From the NCBI GenBank assembly GCA_964291675.2, contig OZ219865.1, positions 448,001 to 512,000 of the forward strand: 64,000 nucleotides of DNA, read 5' to 3'. The stretch's first letter is position 1. Each line of letters begins with the position of its first letter. This stretch comes from Alphaproteobacteria bacterium (lineage in GTDB: Bacteria; Pseudomonadota; Alphaproteobacteria; MPNO01). A program made the translations under genes and the position numbers. A model generated the notes under the pieces. That model was not told the origin of the DNA. It made no database searches and worked only from the letters and a program-made list of their open reading frames with translations. Positions 46,277 through 57,418 of this stretch are shown here, in pieces.

Positions 46277-46875
46277 GCCCACCGGTCATCGTGCTGGCAA
46301 GCTCGGACGGCGAAGTCCTCCGGCTCTTCGACGAAGCCGGGTTTGCCCTTCTCTTCGCGCCCACCGCGGCGGCGTTCCGCCATGTCCTGGTCTCCGGCGC
46401 CGGCGACGCCGCGGCGGTCGATTCCGCCATGCTGTCGAGCGCCGGCGCGAACATGGCGGAAGCGATGGCGGCATCGCGGCCGGAAATGCCGCTTGTCGTG
46501 CTCGGCGGCGCCGCGCCGACGGGGCTTTCCGTTCGCACCAGCCATGTCGCGCGCCCGCGCAACCGGGAGAGCCTGCTGGCTACGGTCGAACGGGCGCTGG
46601 AAGGCGCGCAGGCCTCGCAGCCGAGCGAGCGGGACAGCTTGTCGCGTGCGGTGGAGACGCATCTGGTTCGGTATTTCGAGGCCCACGCCCCGGAACTCCC
46701 GGGCCCGGGCCTGCACCGCCGGGTATTGCGCGAGGTCGAGCGGTCGCTGATCGCGCTCGCCCTTGACGCGACACGGGGCAACCAGCTGCAGGCCGCGGCC
46801 TTGCTGGGGCTCAACCGCAACACGCTCAGGAAGAAAATCCGCGATCTCGACATCTCGGCTGAGCGGAGCATATGA
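46273..46875 (+). CDS. NtrC-derived protein: degenerate receiver domain plus Fis-type HTH, no AAA+ domain
   Basis: C-terminus [52 protein letters not shown] matches the alphaproteobacterial NtrC DNA-binding domain; N-terminus has REC-like topology; ATGA overlap with dusB. Confidence 0.85.
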   Translation: MSPPVIVLASSDGEVLRLFDEAGFALLFAPTAAAFRHVLVSGAGDAAAVDSAMLSSAGANMAEAMAASRPEMPLVVLGGAAPTGLSVRTSHVARPRNRESLLATVERALEGAQASQPSERDSLSRAVETHLVRYFEAHAPELPGPGLHRRVLREVERSLIALALDATRGNQLQAAALLGLNRNTLRKKIRDLDISAERSI

Positions 46876-46933
46876 TGGCCTTTCTCGCGGCAGGCTGAGC
46901 CCGCGCGCGAGCGGGTGACCGATTCGGCAAGAG

Positions 46934-49150
46934 ATGGCGAATAGAACGGCGGCACTGCGCACACCCGGGGCCGCCCGGCTCTCTTGGTGGGCACGCCGGC
47001 ACCGGCTGGGGCGCAAATCGGCGGTCGTGCTCGCGGTGATGTCGCTGGTCTCCGCCCTTGCGACCTACGCGGCGCTCTCCGGTTCGCTTCCTTTCGCCAG
47101 CGACCCGCGCGCCCTGCTTCTGCTGCTCAATGTCGATCTGGTGCTGTTCCTCGCGCTCGGCGCCATCGTCGCCCGGCGCCTCGTGCGGATCTGGATCGCT
47201 CGCCGACGCGGCTCCGTCGGCGCCAGGCTGCACGGCCGGCTGGTCCTCTGGTTCAGCGTGATCGCCGGGGTTCCGGCGATCGCGGTCTCCGTCTTCTCGG
47301 CATGGTTCTTCAGCCTCGGCGTCCAGGCCTGGTTCAGCGACCGCGTCCAGACCGCGCTCCAGGAGGCCTCGATCGTCGCGGAGTCCTATTTGCGCGAGCA
47401 TCAGAAGGTGATCCGGGGCGACATCCTCGCCATCGCGCGCGACATCAACCGGTCGGCGCCGCAGCTCTGGGTCGATCCGGCGCGGTTCAACCAGATGATG
47501 GCGGCGCAGGGCGTGCTGCGGAACCTGAGCGAGGCCTACGTGTTCGACAGCGGGGGGCGGGTGATCGCCCGCTGGAACCTCAGCTTCGTCCTCGACCGCG
47601 ACCCCATACCGGTCGCCGCGCTGGCGAAGGTGGAGCGGGGCGAGCTGGTGGTGCTCGCCAGCGGGTCGGAAGACCGGATGCGGGCAATCGTCAAGCTGGA
47701 CGGGGCGATAAACGCGTTTCTCTATATCAGCCGGTTCGTCGAGCCCCGCGTGCTCGACCACATCGCCCGCACCAGGCAGGCGGTGGCCGAGTACCAGTCC
47801 CTCGAAGGGCGGCGACAGACCTTCGAGATCACCTTCGCGACGATGTTCGTGCTGGGAGCGCTGCTGCTTCTGATGGCCGCGATCTGGGCCGGGGTGGTTT
47901 TCGCGTCCCGTCTGGCCGGTCCGGTGACCGCGCTTGCCGCGGCGGCCGAACGCGTGCGCGGCGGCGACCTGTCCACCCGGGTCCAGGAGACCGGGGAGGG
48001 CGACGAGATCGGCTCCCTGATCCGGGCGTTCAATCGGATGGCCGGCCAGCTTGAGACGCAGCGGGACGAGCTGCTGGAGGCGAACCGTCAGCTCGATACG
48101 CGGCGCCACTTCATCGAAACCGTGTTCTCCGGGGTATCCGCCGGCGTGGTGGGGCTGGATCGCGCGGGCAATGTCAACGTCTCGAACCGGCTGGCCTCCG
48201 AGCTGTTGTTCCACGATCTCGACCGATCGATGGGCCGGCCTCTGGCGCCGCTCGCGCCGGGAATGGGCGCGCTGCTCGCCGAGGCGCGAAGCCGCCCGGA
48301 CAGGGCGGCCGAAACGGAGATCGAGCTCAAGCACGGCGACGGAACCAGGACGCTGTTCGTGCGCGTCGTGGCCGATCTCCGGGACGAGGCGATCGTCGGC
48401 TTCGTGGTCACCTTCAACGACATCACCGAGCTGCTCGCCGCACAGCGCAAGGCCGCCTGGTCCGACGTTGCGCGGCGCATCGCCCACGAGATCAAGAACC
48501 CGCTGACGCCGATCCAGCTTTCCGCGGAACGGCTGCGGCGCAAATATCTCGGCGAGATAAGCAGCGACCCCAAATCCTTCGACGACTACACCGAGACCAT
48601 CATCCGGCATGTCGGGGATATCGGCCGGATGGTCGACGAGTTCTCCGATTTCGCGCGCATGCCGAACGCCGTCATCGCGCCCGTCGACATCGCCGATCTC
48701 TGCCGGGTCGAGCTTGCCCTGTACCGCGAAGCGCATCCGCAGATCGCGTTCGAGGCCGCGCTGCCGGACGAGCCGCTGGTCGTGGCGTGCGATGCCGGTC
48801 TGACGGCACGCGCGCTTTCCAACCTCCTCAAGAACGCCGTCGAGGCAATCCAGAGCCGCGGGCGCGACGCCGGGCCCGGCCGCATCGCGGTCGGCGTCGA
48901 GGACGGCGACGGATTCGCCGAGATTTCGGTGGAGGACAACGGCCGCGGGCTGCCGGATATGGCCGCGCATCGCCTCACCGAGCCCTATGTCACGACGCGG
49001 GACAAAGGCACCGGTCTCGGCCTGGCGATCGTCAGGAAAATCATGGAAGACCACAACGGCGAGGTGGCGCTGGAGGCGGCTCCCGACGGCGGCGCCCGGG
49101 TCCGTTTGGTCTTCCCAAAGAACGGGCAGGGTGTCACTGTGACGCGATGA
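46934..49150 (+). CDS. ntrY: Sensor histidine kinase NtrY
   Basis: TMs, HAMP, PAS, AWSDVARRIAHEIKNPLTPI, GTGLGL. Confidence 0.95.
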   Translation: MANRTAALRTPGAARLSWWARRHRLGRKSAVVLAVMSLVSALATYAALSGSLPFASDPRALLLLLNVDLVLFLALGAIVARRLVRIWIARRRGSVGARLHGRLVLWFSVIAGVPAIAVSVFSAWFFSLGVQAWFSDRVQTALQEASIVAESYLREHQKVIRGDILAIARDINRSAPQLWVDPARFNQMMAAQGVLRNLSEAYVFDSGGRVIARWNLSFVLDRDPIPVAALAKVERGELVVLASGSEDRMRAIVKLDGAINAFLYISRFVEPRVLDHIARTRQAVAEYQSLEGRRQTFEITFATMFVLGALLLLMAAIWAGVVFASRLAGPVTALAAAAERVRGGDLSTRVQETGEGDEIGSLIRAFNRMAGQLETQRDELLEANRQLDTRRHFIETVFSGVSAGVVGLDRAGNVNVSNRLASELLFHDLDRSMGRPLAPLAPGMGALLAEARSRPDRAAETEIELKHGDGTRTLFVRVVADLRDEAIVGFVVTFNDITELLAAQRKAAWSDVARRIAHEIKNPLTPIQLSAERLRRKYLGEISSDPKSFDDYTETIIRHVGDIGRMVDEFSDFARMPNAVIAPVDIADLCRVELALYREAHPQIAFEAALPDEPLVVACDAGLTARALSNLLKNAVEAIQSRGRDAGPGRIAVGVEDGDGFAEISVEDNGRGLPDMAAHRLTEPYVTTRDKGTGLGLAIVRKIMEDHNGEVALEAAPDGGARVRLVFPKNGQGVTVTR

Positions 49151-49157
49151 GAATGGC

Positions 49158-50558
49158 GTGGAGAGCGTAGCGTTGCAGGCCGAGGTGCTCATCGTCGACG
49201 ACGAGGCCGATATTCGTCGCATCACCGCCGATTTCCTCGAGGACGAGGGCTATCGCTGTCGTTCGGCCGCCGACACCGTCTCGGCGCTCGAAATGATCGA
49301 GGAACGGCGCCCCCATCTGGTGGTCCTCGACATCTGGCTGCGCGGCGACGACCGCGACGGACTCCAGTTTCTGAAGCTGCTGAACGAGCGGCATCCGCAT
49401 ATCCCGATCGTGATGATCAGCGGTCACGGCACCGTCGAGACAGCGGTGAAGGCGATCAAGCTCGGCGCGTACGACTTCGTGGAGAAGCCGTTCAAGTCCG
49501 ACCGGCTGGCGCTCACGGTCAGGCGGGCGATGGACGCCGCGCGGCTCCGCCAGGAGAACGCGGAGCTGCGGGAACGGGCGAACGCCGACTGGACCATGAT
49601 CGGCAACTCGCAGTCGATCTGCCAGCTCCGCAGCGCGATCGACCGGGTTGCGCCGACCGGCAGCCGGGTGATGATCAGCGGCCCGCCCGGCTCCGGCAAG
49701 GAGGTCGCGGCCCGCTCGCTGCATGGGCGTTCGCAACGCCGGGACCGCTCCTTCACGGTGCTCAACTGCGCGACGATGGCTCCCGAGCGCATGGAAGAGG
49801 AGCTGTTCGGCCTGGAAGCCGCGAACGGCGGCGCGCCCCATCTGGGTACTTTCGAGCAGGCGAATGGCGGGACCCTGCTGCTCGACGAGGTCGCCGACAT
49901 GCCGCTGGAGACCCAGGGCAAGATCGTCCGCGTTCTCCAGGAGCAGTCCTTTGCCCGCACCGGAGGCACCGCCAGGATCACCGTCGACGTCAGGGTCATC
50001 GCCACCACCAGCCGCAACCTTCACAGCGAGATGGCGGCCGGCCGGTTCCGTCAGGACCTCTACTACCGGCTGAACGTGGTGCCCATCGAGGTGCCCTCGC
50101 TGACCGCGCGCCGCGACGATATCCCGCTCCTGTTCAGCCATTTCGCCGAGCGCGCCGCGGCGGCGAGCGGCATGCCCTGCCGCGTTCTCGCCGAGGACGC
50201 CCTGGCGGCGCTGCAGGCCTATGACTGGCCCGGCAATGTGCGCCAGCTGCGCAATGTCGCCGAGTGGATCCTGATCATGGCGCCCGGAAACGGCCAGGAT
50301 CTGGTGCGCCCCGACATGCTGCCGCCGGATATCGTCGCCGACACGCCGGAGCCGCTGCGCTGGGACAGGAGCGGCGAGGCTCTGGGCCTGCCGCTGCGCG
50401 AGGCGCGCGAACGGTTCGAACGGGAGTATCTGATCGCCCAGGTCGACCGGTTCGGCGGCAACGTGTCGCGCACCGCCCAGTTCGTGGGGATGGAACGCTC
50501 CGCCCTGCATCGCAAGCTCAAGACGCTGGGCGTGGCGCCGGCGGGCAGGTCGGACTAG
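49158..50558 (+). CDS. ntrX: Response regulator NtrX
   Basis: REC (LDIWL), AAA+ GPPGSGKE lacking GAFTGA, HTH MERSALHRKLK; follows ntrY. Confidence 0.95.
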   Translation: MESVALQAEVLIVDDEADIRRITADFLEDEGYRCRSAADTVSALEMIEERRPHLVVLDIWLRGDDRDGLQFLKLLNERHPHIPIVMISGHGTVETAVKAIKLGAYDFVEKPFKSDRLALTVRRAMDAARLRQENAELRERANADWTMIGNSQSICQLRSAIDRVAPTGSRVMISGPPGSGKEVAARSLHGRSQRRDRSFTVLNCATMAPERMEEELFGLEAANGGAPHLGTFEQANGGTLLLDEVADMPLETQGKIVRVLQEQSFARTGGTARITVDVRVIATTSRNLHSEMAAGRFRQDLYYRLNVVPIEVPSLTARRDDIPLLFSHFAERAAAASGMPCRVLAEDALAALQAYDWPGNVRQLRNVAEWILIMAPGNGQDLVRPDMLPPDIVADTPEPLRWDRSGEALGLPLREARERFEREYLIAQVDRFGGNVSRTAQFVGMERSALHRKLKTLGVAPAGRSD

Positions 50559-50604
50559 GCGCCCGCCCGGATCGCGCCGCGAGCGAAGTTCGGGACCCCG
50601 ATCC

Positions 50605-51981
50605 ATGAAGGTGATCGTCTGCGGCGCCGGTCAGGTCGGATACCACATCGCCCGCCAGCTCGCCTCCGAAGGCAACGACGTGACGGTGATCGATCGGTCC
50701 GACGACCTGTCGCGCGAGATCGGCAACGCGCTCGACGTGCGCACCGTGGTCGGCTTCGCTTCGCACCCCGACGTGCTGGAGCGGGCGGCGGCGGACGACA
50801 CCGACATGATCATCGCCGTCACCCAGGCCGACGAGGTCAACATGGTGGCGTGCCAGGTGGCTCACTCGCTGTTCGAGGTTCCCACCAAGATCGCCCGCAT
50901 CCGCTCCCAGTCCTATCTGCAGCAGATCTGGGCCGATCTGTTCAGCCGGGACCACATGCCCATCGACGTGATCATCTCCCCGGAAATGGAGGTCGCCCGG
51001 GCGATCTCGCGCCGCCTCTTCGTGCCCGGCGCGACCGACTCGATCTCGCTTGCCGACGACCGGGTGCGCGCGATCGCGGTGCGCTGCGACGGGGACTGCC
51101 CGGTCATCAACACCCCGCTTCGCCAGCTGACCGGTATCTTCCCGGAGCTGAACATCGTCGTCGTCGGCATCAATCGCGGCGACGCCACGCTGGTGCCGAC
51201 GGCGGACGACCAGATGCTGGCCGGCGACGAGGTCTATTTCATCGCCGACACCGACCACGTCAGCCGGGCGATGGCCGTGTTCGGGCACGAGGAGCCCGAA
51301 ATCCGCCGGATGGTGATCGCCGGGGCGGGTCACGTCGGACAGTGCCTCGCCCGGCTGATCCACGACGAGCACCCCGGGGTCAGCGCCAGGATCATCGAGG
51401 CCAACCGGGCCCAGGCCGAACGTGCCGCCGTCGACCTCGCCGGGGTGACGGTGCTGAACGGCGACGCGCTCGACCCGGAAATTCTCGACGAGGCCAACGT
51501 CTCGACCGCCGAGGCCATCGTGACGGTGACCAATGACGACGAGACCAACGTTCTCGCCTCGCTGCTCGCCAAGCGGCACGGCGCCGGGCGGGCGGTGACG
51601 CTGATCAACAACATGAACTACGCGCCGCTGATCAGCACGCTCGGCGTCGATGTCGTGGTCAGCCCGCACGCGATCACCGTCTCGACCATCCTGCAACATG
51701 TCCGGCGCGGCAGGATCCGGGCCGTGCATGCCCTGCCGCAGGGGATCGGCGAGATAATGGAGGCCGAGCTGCATGAATCGTCGGACCTGGCGAGCCACCC
51801 GATCGGCGAGGCGGGGCTGCCTTCCGGGGTGCTGATCGGCGCCATCGTGCGCGACGGCAAGGTGGTGATCCCGCGCGCATCGACGGTGCTGCGCATCGGC
51901 GACCGGCTGGTCATGTTCGTCGCCCGGAGCGCGATCAAGCGCGTCGAGCAGCTGTTCTCCGTCCGTCCGGACTATTTCTAG
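50605..51981 (+). CDS. trkA: Trk potassium uptake regulator TrkA
   Basis: Two RCK/NAD-binding repeats (CGAGQVG, AGAGHVG). Confidence 0.95.
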   Translation: MKVIVCGAGQVGYHIARQLASEGNDVTVIDRSDDLSREIGNALDVRTVVGFASHPDVLERAAADDTDMIIAVTQADEVNMVACQVAHSLFEVPTKIARIRSQSYLQQIWADLFSRDHMPIDVIISPEMEVARAISRRLFVPGATDSISLADDRVRAIAVRCDGDCPVINTPLRQLTGIFPELNIVVVGINRGDATLVPTADDQMLAGDEVYFIADTDHVSRAMAVFGHEEPEIRRMVIAGAGHVGQCLARLIHDEHPGVSARIIEANRAQAERAAVDLAGVTVLNGDALDPEILDEANVSTAEAIVTVTNDDETNVLASLLAKRHGAGRAVTLINNMNYAPLISTLGVDVVVSPHAITVSTILQHVRRGRIRAVHALPQGIGEIMEAELHESSDLASHPIGEAGLPSGVLIGAIVRDGKVVIPRASTVLRIGDRLVMFVARSAIKRVEQLFSVRPDYF

Positions 51982-51990
51982 GACCGGCGG

Positions 51991-52650
51991 GTGAACGCGG
52001 TCGACCGCTTGCCGCGCGCCGTGGTCTTCGACTGGGACAACACCCTGGTCGATACCTGGCCGGTGATCCACGAATCGATGAACGCCGCTCTCGCGGCGAT
52101 GGGCCACCCGGCCTGGTCGGTCGAGGACACCCGCGAGAGGGTGCGGCGGTCGCTGCGCGAGGCCTTTCCGCCGCTGTTCGGCGAGCGCTGGCAGGAGGCG
52201 CGCGACATCTTCTATCGCCGCTTCGACGCGATCCACCTCGAACGGCTCGCGATCTGCGATGGCGCCGAGGCGCTGATCGCGGCGCTCGCCGGGCGCGGCA
52301 TCCCGCTCTGCGTGGTCAGCAACAAGGTGGGCGGGACTCTGCGCCGCGAAGCCGGGCATCTCGGCTGGGAACGGTATTTTTCCCGCCTGGTCGGAGCGAG
52401 CGACGCGGAGCGCGACAAGCCGGCAACCGAGCCGGTCGACCTTGCGCTGTCCGACGCCGGGGTTCGACGCGACGCCGATGTCTGGTTCGTCGGCGATACC
52501 TGGGTCGACATGGAGTGCGCCCACAACGCCGGGTGCACCGCGATCCTGGTGCGCAAGACGCCGCCCCGGGAGGGCGAGTTCGCGGCGTTCCCGCCGCAGG
52601 CCCATTTCGCCGACTGCGCCGGCCTCCAAAGGCATGTCGAGAGCCTGTGA
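51991..52650 (+). CDS. HAD-family phosphatase (phosphoglycolate phosphatase-like)
   Basis: FDWDNTLVD, SNK, DKP, VGDTWVD. Confidence 0.9.
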   Translation: MNAVDRLPRAVVFDWDNTLVDTWPVIHESMNAALAAMGHPAWSVEDTRERVRRSLREAFPPLFGERWQEARDIFYRRFDAIHLERLAICDGAEALIAALAGRGIPLCVVSNKVGGTLRREAGHLGWERYFSRLVGASDAERDKPATEPVDLALSDAGVRRDADVWFVGDTWVDMECAHNAGCTAILVRKTPPREGEFAAFPPQAHFADCAGLQRHVESL

Positions 52651-52778
52651 CGAGCCTTGTTCCCTCGCCGCAGGTTTTGCGGTAATCATCGCCCCGCTTG
52701 TGTGTGTTGGCGCGGCCCGCTCGCCGGACCGCGCCGTCAACGGTTCGAATTCAAGACTCGAAGAGAGCGGGACCCAAA

Positions 52779-53036
52779 ATGTCAGCAGAAAAAGCCCAAA
52801 ACCTTCAGGACACATTCCTCAACCACATCAGGAAGAACAAGACGCCCGTCACCGTCTTCCTGGTCAACGGAGTCAAGCTGCAGGGCGTGGTAACCTGGTT
52901 CGACAACTTCTGCATCCTGCTGCGGCGGGACGGCCATTCCCAGCTGGTCTACAAGCACGCCATTTCGACGGTGATGCCGGTCGCGCCGGTGCAGCTCTAT
53001 GACGAGAAGCGTGAGGTCGAGTACGCCGGCGAATAG
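52779..53036 (+). CDS. hfq: RNA chaperone Hfq
   Basis: [25 protein letters not shown]. Confidence 0.98.
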   Translation: MSAEKAQNLQDTFLNHIRKNKTPVTVFLVNGVKLQGVVTWFDNFCILLRRDGHSQLVYKHAISTVMPVAPVQLYDEKREVEYAGE

Positions 53037-53064
53037 GCCGGACCGCCCGGAGAACGGGGCGGCG

Positions 53065-54336
53065 ATGGAACGCGCCGCCGTCCTCCACCCCTACGCGAAG
53101 ACCGCAGGGCGCGACTCGCGCAGCCCCGAAGCGCGGCTCGACGAGGCCGTGGGCCTCGCCGGCGCGATCGGGCTCGAAATCGTCCAGGCGGACCTCGTCG
53201 CGCTGCCGCGGCGCCGGCCCTCGACCTATTTCGGGGCGGGAACCGTGGATTCCGTCGCCGGGTCGGTCGAGGCCTCGGAGATCGACCTGGTTTGCGTGGA
53301 TGCCGCGCTCACCCCCGTCCAGCAGCGCAATCTGGAGCGCGCCTGGCGCTGCAAGGTGATCGATCGCACCGGCCTGATCCTCGAGATCTTCGGTGCGCGG
53401 GCGAGCACAAGCGAAGGGACCCTCCAGGTCGAGCTCGCGCATCTGACCTACCAGCGCAGCCGCCTGGTGCGGAGCTGGACCCATCTCGAGCGCCAGCGCG
53501 GCGGCCGCGGCTTCATGGGCGGGCCGGGCGAAACCCAGATCGAGGCCGACCGGCGCCAGATCGACGAGCGGATCACGCGGATCCGGCGCGAGCTCGACAC
53601 GGTGAAGCGGACCCGGGGGCTGCATCGCGCGGCGCGTCGCAAGGTGCCGTACCCGGTCGCCGCGCTGGTCGGCTACACCAATGCCGGGAAATCGACGCTG
53701 TTCAACCGGCTGACGGGCTCGCGGGTGGTCGCCGAGGACCTTCTGTTCGCCACGCTCGACCCGACCATGCGGGGCGTCGACCTGCCTTCCGGCCGCCGGG
53801 TGATCCTGTCGGACACGGTGGGCTTCGTCTCGCAGCTGCCGACGATGCTGGTCGCCGCCTTTCGCGCCACCCTGGAGGAGGTGCGGGACGCCGACCTGAT
53901 CGTCCACGTCCGGGACGTGGCTCACCCGGACAGCGAGGCGCAGTGCCGCGACGTGGACGACGTGCTCGGCCAGCTCGGCATCGATACCGGCGACGGGATA
54001 CTCGTCGAGGTCCACAACAAGATCGACAAGCTCGAACCGGACGAGCGCGCCATGGCGTCCGGGCTCGCCGGGCGGCGCAACGATGCCATCGCGATCTCGG
54101 CGCTGACGGGGGAGGGGACCGACGCGCTGCTCGAACGGCTCGACGTCGCCTTCGGATCGCGGCGGCGGATCGTGGAGTTCGAGGTCGACCTTGCCGACGG
54201 GGCGCGCCTCGCCTGGCTCTACCGCTACGGCGAGGTGCTGAGCCGGAAGGACGACGGTCTCAGGACGCTGCTCCGCGTGGGTCTCGACCCCGCCGATCTC
54301 GGACGCCTGGAGCGCCTCGGCCGCAGCGGGGGCTGA
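53065..54336 (+). CDS. hflX: GTPase HflX
   Basis: GPGETQIE, GYTNAGKS, DTVGF, NKID; start uncertain (52999 or 53065). Confidence 0.96.
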   Translation: MERAAVLHPYAKTAGRDSRSPEARLDEAVGLAGAIGLEIVQADLVALPRRRPSTYFGAGTVDSVAGSVEASEIDLVCVDAALTPVQQRNLERAWRCKVIDRTGLILEIFGARASTSEGTLQVELAHLTYQRSRLVRSWTHLERQRGGRGFMGGPGETQIEADRRQIDERITRIRRELDTVKRTRGLHRAARRKVPYPVAALVGYTNAGKSTLFNRLTGSRVVAEDLLFATLDPTMRGVDLPSGRRVILSDTVGFVSQLPTMLVAAFRATLEEVRDADLIVHVRDVAHPDSEAQCRDVDDVLGQLGIDTGDGILVEVHNKIDKLEPDERAMASGLAGRRNDAIAISALTGEGTDALLERLDVAFGSRRRIVEFEVDLADGARLAWLYRYGEVLSRKDDGLRTLLRVGLDPADLGRLERLGRSGG

Positions 54337-54339
54337 TCC

Positions 54340-54392
54340 AAAAAAAAATTTCTGCCGCGACCGTTGACAAGCGCCGGCGGAATACGTAGCTT
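54340..54392 (+). promoter_or_regulatory. Sigma70-type promoter of groESL
   Basis: A9 tract at 54340-54348, TTGACA at 54364-54369, 17-bp spacer, TAGCTT at 54387-54392. Confidence 0.75.
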
Positions 54393-54393
54393 G

Positions 54394-54420
54394 TTAGCAC
54401 TCGAAAGAGGGGAGTGCTAA
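54394..54420. promoter_or_regulatory. CIRCE element (HrcA operator)
   Basis: Perfect TTAGCACTC-N9-GAGTGCTAA upstream of groES. Confidence 0.97.
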
Positions 54421-54495
54421 CAATGTTGGCGCTCCCCTCTGTCCATCCGGCGTTCCCCGAAACGCCGGAAACCTCGACCAGTCAGGAGGCAATTG

Positions 54496-54783
54496 ATGAA
54501 TCTCAGGCCGTTGCACGATCGCGTGCTTGTCGAGCCGCTGGAGGCCGAAGAGAAGACGGCGGGCGGCATCATCATTCCGGACACGGCCAAGGAAAAGCCG
54601 ATGGAAGGAAAGATCGTCGCCGTCGGGAACGGAGCGCGCTCCGAGGACGGCAAGGTCACCGCGCTCGACGTCAAGAAGGGCGACCGGATCCTTTACGGCA
54701 AGTGGTCCGGGACAGAAGTCAAGATCGATGGTCAGGACCTCCTCATCATGAAGGAGTCCGACATCATGGGCATCATCGAATAA
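54496..54783 (+). CDS. groES: Co-chaperonin GroES
   Basis: [22 protein letters not shown]. Confidence 0.98.
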   Translation: MNLRPLHDRVLVEPLEAEEKTAGGIIIPDTAKEKPMEGKIVAVGNGARSEDGKVTALDVKKGDRILYGKWSGTEVKIDGQDLLIMKESDIMGIIE

Positions 54784-56436
<1,653 letters not shown>

Positions 56437-56483
56437 CTGCCGCTTTCAGCCGGCCGGGAGTACCGGCCGGGCACAGGGTAGGG

Positions 56484-56515
56484 AAGGGCCGCCTCGCGCG
56501 GCCCTTTCTTTATTC
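56484..56515 (+). terminator. Intrinsic terminator after groEL
   Basis: AAGGGCCGC-ctcgc-GCGGCCCTT stem-loop followed by TCTTTATT. Confidence 0.8.
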
Positions 56516-56556
56516 GTTTGCCTTCGGGCGGTCATGCCACTAACCCTTGCAGCGTG

Positions 56557-57351
56557 ATGAAGGTCGATTTTGACGCCGTCACCGACCTCCTGCGCGCCGT
56601 GGCCTCGGCCGAGATTCTGCCCCGCTTCCGCCGTCTCCAGGACGGGGACTCATGGGAAAAGCGCTCCGGCGCGGTGGTGACGGTAGCCGACGAGCGGGTG
56701 GAGGCGGCGCTCTCGGCCGGGCTCGCGGCGATGCTTCCGGGCTCGGCGGTGGTCGCCGAGGAGGCGGCCGAGGCGGCGCCCGAGACGCTGGACGCGCTCG
56801 ACCGGCCGGGCGCGGTCTGGGTGGTCGACCCCATCGACGGGACCGCCAACTACTCCGAAGGCAAGCCCTGCTTTGCGGTGATCGTGGCGCTTGCGGTCGA
56901 CGGCGAGACCGTGGCCGGATGGATCTACGATCCGGTGACCGATTCCGCCGCCGTGGCCGAGCGCGGGGCCGGCGCCTGGCGCGACGGCGCGCGGCTTCGC
57001 GTCGCCGGGCCGGCGCCCGAGGCGGAGATGACCGGCGCGTTCGGCTGGCGGCTCAACAAGGACCGAGGCTTCAGCGCCCGGTTCGCGGGGCGTACCTACA
57101 ACAAGTGCTGCGGCTTCGACTATCTCGCCCTGGCCGAGGGGCGCACGCATTTCGCCTTCTACCGCAGCCTGAAGCCGTGGGACCATGCGGCCGGCCAGCT
57201 CATGCACGCCGAAGCCGGCGGCTACAACGCCTGCGTCGACGGCAGCCCCTACCGGCCCGGCCGCAAGGACCAGGAAGGGCTGCTGCTCGCCCCCGATTCC
57301 GAGATCTGGGCCGGTCTCGCAGAGCGGATTCGCCGCTCGCTCGGCATGTGA
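56557..57351 (+). CDS. Inositol monophosphatase family protein
   Basis: VTVAD, AEE, WVVDPIDGTAN, PWDHAAG. Confidence 0.92.
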   Translation: MKVDFDAVTDLLRAVASAEILPRFRRLQDGDSWEKRSGAVVTVADERVEAALSAGLAAMLPGSAVVAEEAAEAAPETLDALDRPGAVWVVDPIDGTANYSEGKPCFAVIVALAVDGETVAGWIYDPVTDSAAVAERGAGAWRDGARLRVAGPAPEAEMTGAFGWRLNKDRGFSARFAGRTYNKCCGFDYLALAEGRTHFAFYRSLKPWDHAAGQLMHAEAGGYNACVDGSPYRPGRKDQEGLLLAPDSEIWAGLAERIRRSLGM

Positions 57352-57418
57352 GGCGCGCATTGCCGGGCTTCCGGGCGCCCCCTATGATCCGCCGCACCGC
57401 AAGAGAAAGGGGCATCCG

